From NCBI GenBank assembly GCA_964584205.1, contig CAZOZF010000002.1:160-64159 (forward strand): a DNA stretch of 64,000 bases. Reading direction: 5' to 3'. A model generated the notes under the pieces. It saw only the letters and a list, made by a program, of their open reading frames with translations. It did no database searches and was not told the DNA's origin. The translations under genes and the position numbers were made by a program. The stretch's first letter is position 1. Each line of letters begins with the position of its first letter. Origin of the DNA: an uncultured Verrucomicrobiota bacterium. GTDB lineage: Bacteria; Verrucomicrobiota; Kiritimatiellia; CAIKKV01; CAITUY01. Positions 29,801 to 36,708 of the stretch are shown in pieces.

Positions 29801-30162
29801 GGGTATTGGGAATCTATTCGACCAAGCCCGGATATGAGGAGCTGGCGATCCGGCCCCAGATCGGCGGTGGTTTGACATTTGCCAAGGGGTATGTGCAGAC
29901 CCCGCGGGGTAAGGTGGCCTCGGAATGGCAGGCCAATGGCACCTCGGTCACGTTGAATGTAAGCATTCCCTTCAACAGCAAGGCCGCCGTCAGTTTCCCG
30001 AAACCAGCGGCCGGTGTTGTCGCTATTTATGAGGGAAGCACCTTGGTCTGGAAGAATGGTGTCCTGGTGGCAAAAACCGTAGGAATGTACGGCGCGAGTG
30101 AGGACGGGAACTACATCCGGTTTATCGTTGGCTCGGGCGATTATTGTTTTAGACAGATGTGA
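26881..30162 (+). CDS. secreted NPCBM + GH78 alpha-L-rhamnosidase
   Basis: aggag RBS 7 nt upstream; NPCBM (FQHGLGTHAPFVAMIRLDGHTGKFHAVVGVNG...GSVEFIVSGDGKVLFRSG); GH78 N-terminal (PVFGWVASHVVRGQKQRGYQILVAS...RYWWKVRVWDEGG) and catalytic hallmark IPTDCCQRDERKGWLGDA. Confidence 0.88.
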   Translation: MMISVARMKPILAILGLSVMLFRLSAVGGETRLEDLPDLELVENLDKTPLKDQSASWTPIQMGGEKFQHGLGTHAPFVAMIRLDGHTGKFHAVVGVNGMTKDRGSVEFIVSGDGKVLFRSGVMKGDVVKDGKVTIPADLPKVIDLDLTGVKRLKLEATIGGDNTWGDDANWADAMFTWKGQAPRIVEIVDDASSVAGDAPPVVKSPDDTIYVPESGTNRVPGAKVDGPRSKAGKNAAPSAPDRLTVEGVREPMGIDNPAPVFGWVASHVVRGQKQRGYQILVASNRKIIDADKGDVWSIQEKESSQQCAIAYAGPSLASRTRYWWKVRVWDEGGSVSPFSQPATFETAMMKPTDWKAQWIGGDFTRMRKEFVVDPVKTIAQARAYVSGQGYYELRLNGKKVGDHVLDPGYTDYKFRALYSTYDVKELLKPGANALGVMLGDAYLIRWELKQPSDKMAVVQIEVKYTDNTTATVVTDPGWLGENRGPMVANSVYVGEVYDARLEDAWDLPGYSGTGWTAVMVKTPPPIVNAQLQAIKVVDTLKPVKMSGKDGDYIFDFGQNIAGWLRISAAAPAGTVMKMDYGEGDWPASSQKDQYTFKGGGVETWEPRFTYHGFRTAKLSGVTGLTSNSVVACVVHSAVEPAGDFTCSSPMLNKIHKAFLWTLVNNMHSIPTDCCQRDERKGWLGDALVTVEAACLNLDMKAFMAKWFRDIQDYQDFRNTNGTVANIAPCPTFELTQPGRRNWESQDIPWNSAAVSIPWDLYMATGDKILLAKHYGMMRRYVEYVRSVSPENICRSNRWGDWTGGPTEAALLSTGYYYRCADLLSRTALELGKTEDAETYAKLAVDIKAAFNKRWLKFDRYYNKNEQVANAMALSFDLVPAERKGAVLARLKQGIEYKGGHLTTGVVGTHCLMNALWRNEAIETAYTLANQKTAPSWGNMIEKGATTIWEFWDGHGSWNHPMLGGPVDAWFYKGVLGIYSTKPGYEELAIRPQIGGGLTFAKGYVQTPRGKVASEWQANGTSVTLNVSIPFNSKAAVSFPKPAAGVVAIYEGSTLVWKNGVLVAKTVGMYGASEDGNYIRFIVGSGDYCFRQM

Positions 30163-30206
30163 CCCGAGTCACTCTGAAATCGACTCGAAACGATCTGTGC
30201 AGAAGG
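30159..30206 (+). promoter_or_regulatory. conserved upstream motif copy E (gtgacccgagtcactctgaaatcgactcgaaacgatctgtgcagaagg)
   Basis: Begins at the TGA stop of the GH78 gene; ~110 bp upstream of the 30316 start. Confidence 0.5.
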
Positions 30207-30315
30207 CACGTCATGTGAAAGACTACATACAGTCAATGCGAATCAGGTTTATTGTGGAGCCCTTCGTATTGCCGGATGTGCCACTTTTAAAAACGGGAAG
30301 ATCAGGAGTATTATC

Positions 30316-32385
30316 ATGCAAATTGTGCCTGCGGTTCTCTCTCTTACACTCGTCGGGATCATCGGTGTCGGGTCGACCTTGGGCGCGGCTTCATCGGCGC
30401 CACGTGAGCTTTCCGCGCCGGCGGATATTATCTATGCCAAGGTTATGCCTGGTAGGGCCACCGCCATTCAGTCGGGCCGGAATTTCGTCCTGGCGAACAA
30501 TGTGCTTGAGATGGGGTGGTCGCTGGAGGCCGGGCATTTGCGGCTGACCCGTATTGCGGATCGGATGAACGGACGTTCCTATCTCCAGAGCAATGAGGTG
30601 TTTGAAGTCCAGTTGGATAACCGGACCAGGATTTCCTCGTCCGCTTGCCAGCTTGTAGGATCGCCGACGCTTGAGGTGATCACCCCCGTGTCTGATTCTG
30701 CCTGTGCGGCGATGCATTTAGGTGGCTGGAAGATTGCGGCCCGGTTCAAGCATGAAGCCGCCGGCTTAACGGTTCAATGGAATGCTGAACTCCGGGACGG
30801 GTCGCACTATGTGCGCCAGATTCTCCGTATCGAAGGGGCAAAGGGAACGTTATCCGAGGTCAACTGCCTGGAGACCAACGTCGGGCGGGCATGGAATGAG
30901 GGCTCGGTTTTGGCCGGCAATCCCGTATGCAATGATCATCTGTTCATGGGCCAGGAATTGCCGATGTCGAAGAATGTGGTGAAGAGTGGGGTGCTTTCTG
31001 GCGATTCCGGAGCGGTTTCATGTGGCTTGTCCTGCAAGCTTCCGCTTCAGACCGGCAAGGCGTATGAGTTTTCGTCAGTTCTGGGCGCTTATCCTGAAGG
31101 GCAACGTCGCCGTGCCTTCCTGCGGTACCTGGAGCGTGAACGGGCCCGGCCTTATCGGCAATTCCTGCACTATAATTGCTGGTTCGATCTTCACATCAAA
31201 CTCAATGAGCAGGATATCTTGAAGAACGTCCAGGCATTTACCGAGGAAATGACGGTCAAGCGGGGAGTTGCGATGGATTCATATGTGTTGGATGACGGGT
31301 GGGACAATCCACGTGAAGGATTCTGGACGATTGACAGGAAGAAATTCCCGTCGGGATTTGATACGGTTACGTCGGAGCTGGACCGTGTGAATTCGCACAT
31401 GGGCATCTGGATATCACCGTTGGCCGGGTATGCCTTCATCGGGGAGCGGGTGGAGCATGCCAGTAAGCTGGGCCTGGTGCGTGCAGGTTCGTTTCTTGAT
31501 CTGTCATATGCTCCGTACTACGAGTGGTTCAGGGATTTCTGCGCAAACATGGTGAAGACCAATAAGGTGAATTATTTCAAGTGGGATAAGGCCGGCGAGG
31601 GGGCTTCGCCGCATTTCATGGCCCTCCTGTCATGCGCCCGGGAATTACGTCAAATTGACCCCAATCTCTTTTTCAATGTTACCGTGGGAACCTGGGCGTC
31701 GCCGTTCTGGTTGAATGTGATCGATAGCACCTGGCGCGGTGGGGAGGATGTTGGCTGGGACTGGACTTGTAAGGGGAATGACCGCGAGAAATGGCTCAAT
31801 TACAGGGATGGTGTGACCTATCGGAATGTGGTCAAGGCAGGGCCTCTCTATCCCTTGAATTCGATCATGAATCATGGAATTGTCCATGCGTCACTGGGTG
31901 CGGCGGGACGTGCGGCCGGCACGGGAACGGATCTGCGCAATGAGGCGCGTTCATATTTCGGGTCGGGAACAGCGCTTCAGGAGCTGTACATCCAGCCGAG
32001 CATCATGACGTCCCAGGCGTGGGACACCGTGGCGGCAGCGGCGAAGTGGGCGCGTCTGAATGCCGATGTCCTGGTGGATACGCACTGGGTGGGCGGGGAT
32101 CCCACTAACCGCGAGATTTATGGCTGGGCGTCATGGACGCCGCAGAAGGCGACTCTCACTTTGAGGAATCCGGATGACCAACCGCGTGAGATCACGCTGG
32201 ATGCCGTTGAGGTGTTTGAATTGCCCTCATTTGCCGCGAAGGATTATGTAATGACGAGCCCCTATGCGGATCAACGGATCCAGAAGGTGGAAATGAAGGC
32301 CGGAAACCCAAGCGTGTACTCGCTTCAGCCTTTCGAAGTGCTTGTGCTGGAGTCTAGTCCAACGAAGGATAAATATATCAGATAG
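30316..32385 (+). CDS. secreted clan GH-D-like glycoside hydrolase (paralog of 1342..3489)
   Basis: aggag RBS; signal peptide; FLRYLERERARPYRQFLHYNCWFD...YVLDDGWDN; C-terminal blocks shared with 1342..3489. Confidence 0.6.
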   Translation: MQIVPAVLSLTLVGIIGVGSTLGAASSAPRELSAPADIIYAKVMPGRATAIQSGRNFVLANNVLEMGWSLEAGHLRLTRIADRMNGRSYLQSNEVFEVQLDNRTRISSSACQLVGSPTLEVITPVSDSACAAMHLGGWKIAARFKHEAAGLTVQWNAELRDGSHYVRQILRIEGAKGTLSEVNCLETNVGRAWNEGSVLAGNPVCNDHLFMGQELPMSKNVVKSGVLSGDSGAVSCGLSCKLPLQTGKAYEFSSVLGAYPEGQRRRAFLRYLERERARPYRQFLHYNCWFDLHIKLNEQDILKNVQAFTEEMTVKRGVAMDSYVLDDGWDNPREGFWTIDRKKFPSGFDTVTSELDRVNSHMGIWISPLAGYAFIGERVEHASKLGLVRAGSFLDLSYAPYYEWFRDFCANMVKTNKVNYFKWDKAGEGASPHFMALLSCARELRQIDPNLFFNVTVGTWASPFWLNVIDSTWRGGEDVGWDWTCKGNDREKWLNYRDGVTYRNVVKAGPLYPLNSIMNHGIVHASLGAAGRAAGTGTDLRNEARSYFGSGTALQELYIQPSIMTSQAWDTVAAAAKWARLNADVLVDTHWVGGDPTNREIYGWASWTPQKATLTLRNPDDQPREITLDAVEVFELPSFAAKDYVMTSPYADQRIQKVEMKAGNPSVYSLQPFEVLVLESSPTKDKYIR

Positions 32386-32421
32386 ACCGCTTGCAGGTCG
32401 TAATCCAATCGAGGATAGACA

Positions 32422-32733
32422 ATGAGAAGCATAGTGTTGTCATTAATGATTGGTACTTTGATCCAATCCGTTGCCGCCAGGGAAGTGACGAATATCGATG
32501 CCGGCAAGGAGATGGTGGGGGCTATTGATTCCTGGAACAAGATTTTTGGACAGCGCGGGATCGCGGTGACCGAATATGGCGCGGGTGCCAGCATCTATCA
32601 CCATGTTGAGGAGCCTGGGCATCCGTATTCAAATGGCATGTGGCATCAAGGCGATAACGAGGTTCAGGTTCAGGGTGGCGCGGGTAAAAATCAATATACC
32701 GATAGAGCTGTTTTTAGGGTGAATCAGGAATAG
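32422..32733 (+). CDS. small secreted hypothetical protein (103 aa)
   Basis: gagga RBS-like sequence upstream, N-terminal signal peptide MRSIVLSLMIGTLIQSVAA, fits exactly between flanking genes; no recognisable domain. Confidence 0.45.
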   Translation: MRSIVLSLMIGTLIQSVAAREVTNIDAGKEMVGAIDSWNKIFGQRGIAVTEYGAGASIYHHVEEPGHPYSNGMWHQGDNEVQVQGGAGKNQYTDRAVFRVNQE

Positions 32734-32766
32734 TCCGCGTAAAATGAGAATGATAGGGAGTTGTGA

Positions 32767-35700
32767 ATGACCAAGAAATCATTGTTATCCAACATCTTTC
32801 TGATGGCTGTTTGCCTCCTGCTGGTTGTCCCTGCCGATCTCCGCGCCACGTGGTACGGGGAGAATGTGGCAAACGGTTCAGATGTCATGATGATGGATGT
32901 GTGTTGGCCGTTCTGGCCGGAGAGCACCTATTCCGCAATCTGGAATTTCGGGACCAATCCCACGGGGATCGGTGGTTACGGCGGGTTTGCCAATGGGATT
33001 CCGTCAGTTCCTCCGGATCATCGCCCCAATTTGGATCCCGCGGTCCAGGCGGCATTTCATCCCGGCTCCGTGTGGTCATTTTGGGGTGGGAACAAGGACG
33101 GTGAGCCCGTCCGTGTCGTCGCCTCGTCGGAATACACCTATCCCCGCCAGTATGTCGTCGAAGGCGCCAGTGGTTCACTGGGAGGTTATGGCTGGCCGTT
33201 CATGAAGAACGGGGAGTGGTACACCATGATGATGAAGATATGGGAGCCGGTGGGGGTGACGAATGACCAGTACTCCTATATTGGCCGCTGGATCAAGGAC
33301 ATCGCCACCGGGAAGTGGTACCTCTATGGCATCGTGCGTTTGCCTGTGCCGGGGACATCTTTCAATAGTAATAACGGTTTCCTTGAGGATATTGGAAATA
33401 GTGGCCGGTCGGTACGTTCCTTATACCGGCGGCTAGGGTACTGCCGCAAGGATGGGACGTGGCGTTCATCGAATAAGGTAACCATTAATGTGGATCCCAA
33501 GAACGGTCAATTTGATAATTATTGGGTGGTGGAGGTCAAACCGGAAGGGGATCACGAGATCCTGGCGATGGAGCTGTCGTGGAATAAGGCGTTGATGCCG
33601 TTCAAATTGTCCGGAGCACCATTGGCCTTTAAATCGAAAAATGAATTCACGGTCAAGCAGCCTGCGGCGCCGTCGCTCGACAAGCCGCAAGTGGCTTCGG
33701 TGTCAGCCGAGTCCAATGGCCGACAGGTGTTGGTGAAATGGGAGCTTGCGGCTACATCCTCCCCTCAGTTTCTCTATCGCATTGAGGTCTTCAATAATGT
33801 CGCTTGCCAAGGGGTGCCCCTGGTTGTCAGGCAGGAACGGATGCCCATCGTGAACACCGTTCTGCTTGATGCAGTTGTGGCGAAGCCCACCGTGCGATTC
33901 ACCCTGACGGATGTGTTCGATCAGGCCATCACCCCCATGGTGGTAGCGGTCAAAGCCGCCGCCAAGCCGTCTCCATCGACTACGGCTACCATGGCGACAG
34001 GATTGGGTTATGAGCTGCTGCACAAATTTAAGGGGAATGATCGGTTGCTGCTCAAGGATTTTGGCGGCGGGGAATTGTTCCAGAAGGGAATTGCGCGCGG
34101 GTTCGATACCTCGCTGGCCAGTGCGTTGGGCAAGCGTTACGCCTTCCGTTTCAAGGGGTTTTTGCGGGCGCCCGCCGATGGATTATACGTGCTGAGGATG
34201 CAGGGCACTGATGGATACAGTATCGCTGTTGATGGGAAGGAAACATTGGTCTGGGATGGCCCACATGGGCCTGCCGAACGCTCTGGTTTCATGAATCTGG
34301 CAAAAGGTGATCACTCCCTGGCGGTGGACTATTTTGTCGATCAGGCGTCATCGCCATTCTTCAAAATGGAGTGGGAAGGGCCTGGCCTGGCCCGACAGGA
34401 AATACCCGTATCGGCATTGATGCACCAGGATGCCGGCCAAACACCTGTAGCGACGCTGACAACCTTCGGCGGTAACAATGGCACCGCCACGCTCAAGGTC
34501 GATGTCAATCCACGGGGCCATGCCATCGCCAAGCTCCAGTTATTTCTGGGAACGATGCAAATTGCCGAAAGCACGGGCGCCGCTCTTGCCTATTCCGGTC
34601 CGATGCTGGAGGGCACCAATACACTCTGGACGCGGGTTACCTATGATGGCAATTGCACGATGGATTCACAGCCGCAGAACCTGGTGGTCAAGGGAACTCC
34701 GATTCAAGGCGGGTGGACCATGTCGGTGGTTGGTGAATCCAAGGCGGTGAAGGGCTTGTGGCAGACCGCGCCAGATGCCTTTTCCTTTATAGGAGAAGGT
34801 GAATATGTCGTGACTCGCCGTATCACCGGCGATTTTACGCTGACGTGCCGGCTTGATTTCTGGTCTGGTGAGAAAGGGGAGCGGGTGAACGGGTGGTCTT
34901 GGGTTGGGCTTACGGCAAGGGAAAAGGGCAAGGAACGTTGGTGGGGTCAGGAGTTCGGCATTTACCAGATGGCGCAGTGTGGGTTGCGTACAACCCCTGA
35001 TTTTAGCGATCAGGGTGCTAGCCGCATCAGTAGTTACGCGTTGCCGAAGGGGCATCCATGGTTGCGGATGGTGCGCAGGGGGCAGGTCTGGACGGCCTGG
35101 TCCTCGGCTGATGGCGAAATTTGGGAGTTAGGGGCAACCCACCTGAAGCCTGCCTCGGAGGGGATGGATGCCGGTTTGGTCTTCCGCGTATTGCCGCAAG
35201 ATGCCCAGGCGTATTTCCAGGCGAAGGTATCTTGCCTCAAACTTGAAGCCGGTGTGGCTAAGGATTCGGTGTTCCCGGGTTCTGTCCCGGCCACTCATAC
35301 TGATGGGCCCCGTTGGACCGGTGTCGTGATGGCGCGTTCCGATGCCAACATCGTCGTGTTGCGTTCCTCAGAGAAGGGCTTGCTGCGATCGTCTGATGAC
35401 GGGAAGAGCTGGTCGTCCGCCAACGGCAACTTGAGTGGCGCCGCCAATGCGGTTCGTAGTGTTGCCATTCATCCGAAAGATCCGCAGATCATGTATCGCG
35501 CCGCCGGATGGGTCGGAGATTCCGGGGCATGGGAGGGTGGTTTATGGAAGTCAACGGATGCGGGGCTTAATTGGAAGAAGCTCGATTTCCCAGGCGATTT
35601 TGATGGCGTGGGGCCCTCTGCCCTTTGCGGTGAGGTTGTCGCTTTCGATCCCGAAAAGCCGGAGACGGTTTATGCCGGATGTGAGACCAAGGGCTTGTAC

Positions 35701-36372
35701 CGGAGTGAAGATGGCGGTGTCAAATGGACCAAGCTGGGGATTGAGAACGAACGCATCACAGCCGTGGTTCTATGCGGATGGATTCGCGGCGAGAATGGCC
35801 TGCCGCGGATACATGCCGTCACGTGTCCTGACGCCTTGATGACGCTTCTGGGGCGCGGCAAGCCGGCGTTAGCGGCATCCGTCAAGACCGCGCATGATTA
35901 CGTCAGCCTCAACGGAGGGAAAAGTTTGTGGCCGGTTGGTGAATGGAGCGAAGTAGGTTATCTGAATGTCGCCTTCGATAAAGGTTCAGCGGATGAACCT
36001 TCCTATGCCACCACGCATGGGTTTTGCATGTCGCTCAAAAACCGCTATATGTTCCTGTTTCCCGCAGCTAAAAACATGGAGACTTTACGGCCAGTCACGG
36101 CGGTTGCCAGTTCGGGGCGCGGGGATACCCGGTGCGGTCGGGCCCTGCTGCAAGCGCTGAATCCAGTTAAGTCGGGCCGACTGTCGCGTAGTGACGAATA
36201 CGGCTTGAAGTGGAACTGGATCGAGACGCGCGGTGATATTCCGCAGGGCGGCTACATTGCGTTTAGCGGGGAATACGTCAAGGGCGAGCACTGGTGGTTA
36301 CTGGCAACGGATGGACTATACCGATCCAAGGATGGCGGAAAGACGTTGACGAAGGTGATGGGTGAACGATGA
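32767..36372 (+). CDS. large secreted multidomain protein (1201 aa): N-terminal domain of unknown function + PA14 domain + C-terminal BNR/Asp-box beta-propeller (candidate novel glycosidase/glycan-binding protein)
   Basis: Signal peptide; PA14-like block (FKGFLRAPADGLYVLRMQGTDGYSIAVDGKETLVWDGP...DHSLAVDYFVDQASSPFFKMEWEGPG); four Asp-box repeats (LRSSDDGKSWS, WKSTDAGLNWKK, YRSEDGGVKWTKL, YRSKDGGKTLTKV). Confidence 0.7.
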   Translation: MTKKSLLSNIFLMAVCLLLVVPADLRATWYGENVANGSDVMMMDVCWPFWPESTYSAIWNFGTNPTGIGGYGGFANGIPSVPPDHRPNLDPAVQAAFHPGSVWSFWGGNKDGEPVRVVASSEYTYPRQYVVEGASGSLGGYGWPFMKNGEWYTMMMKIWEPVGVTNDQYSYIGRWIKDIATGKWYLYGIVRLPVPGTSFNSNNGFLEDIGNSGRSVRSLYRRLGYCRKDGTWRSSNKVTINVDPKNGQFDNYWVVEVKPEGDHEILAMELSWNKALMPFKLSGAPLAFKSKNEFTVKQPAAPSLDKPQVASVSAESNGRQVLVKWELAATSSPQFLYRIEVFNNVACQGVPLVVRQERMPIVNTVLLDAVVAKPTVRFTLTDVFDQAITPMVVAVKAAAKPSPSTTATMATGLGYELLHKFKGNDRLLLKDFGGGELFQKGIARGFDTSLASALGKRYAFRFKGFLRAPADGLYVLRMQGTDGYSIAVDGKETLVWDGPHGPAERSGFMNLAKGDHSLAVDYFVDQASSPFFKMEWEGPGLARQEIPVSALMHQDAGQTPVATLTTFGGNNGTATLKVDVNPRGHAIAKLQLFLGTMQIAESTGAALAYSGPMLEGTNTLWTRVTYDGNCTMDSQPQNLVVKGTPIQGGWTMSVVGESKAVKGLWQTAPDAFSFIGEGEYVVTRRITGDFTLTCRLDFWSGEKGERVNGWSWVGLTAREKGKERWWGQEFGIYQMAQCGLRTTPDFSDQGASRISSYALPKGHPWLRMVRRGQVWTAWSSADGEIWELGATHLKPASEGMDAGLVFRVLPQDAQAYFQAKVSCLKLEAGVAKDSVFPGSVPATHTDGPRWTGVVMARSDANIVVLRSSEKGLLRSSDDGKSWSSANGNLSGAANAVRSVAIHPKDPQIMYRAAGWVGDSGAWEGGLWKSTDAGLNWKKLDFPGDFDGVGPSALCGEVVAFDPEKPETVYAGCETKGLYRSEDGGVKWTKLGIENERITAVVLCGWIRGENGLPRIHAVTCPDALMTLLGRGKPALAASVKTAHDYVSLNGGKSLWPVGEWSEVGYLNVAFDKGSADEPSYATTHGFCMSLKNRYMFLFPAAKNMETLRPVTAVASSGRGDTRCGRALLQALNPVKSGRLSRSDEYGLKWNWIETRGDIPQGGYIAFSGEYVKGEHWWLLATDGLYRSKDGGKTLTKVMGER

Positions 36373-36396
36373 AATAAAACGAAAGAACACAATAAC

Positions 36397-36684
36397 ATGC
36401 ATAAGCAGTGGATGATGGCGGTTCTGTTGTTGGCAACCAAGAAAGGCTATGACCCTGTGGTTAAAGATCCACAGGGCAAATTGCAGAAGTTTGCCATTGC
36501 CTGGGAAACCCGGAAATGGGTGTGGGCGGATGCCGTTATTGATGGGGTGACCGTGGTGGTCTCCAGCCCTGAAGTTCCAAAGCCCGTGGCCGTGCGGTAT
36601 GCGTTCACCATGAACCCCGACGGGTGTAACCTTTATAATAACGAGGGACTCCCCGCTTCCCCATTCCGAACCGATAATTGGTAA
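36397..36684 (+). pseudogene. remnant of a sialate-O-acetylesterase gene (C-terminal 84 codons only)
   Basis: nt 36433-36684 are ~80% identical to 26601-26849 (3' end of gene 25260..26849); encoded ATKKGYDPVVKDPQGKLQKFAIA...VAVRYAFTMNPDGCNLYNNEGLPASPFRTDNW matches the esterase C-terminus; no catalytic domain upstream. Confidence 0.7.
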
Positions 36685-36708
36685 TGATGATAACGAGAGG
36701 ATAAGGCA

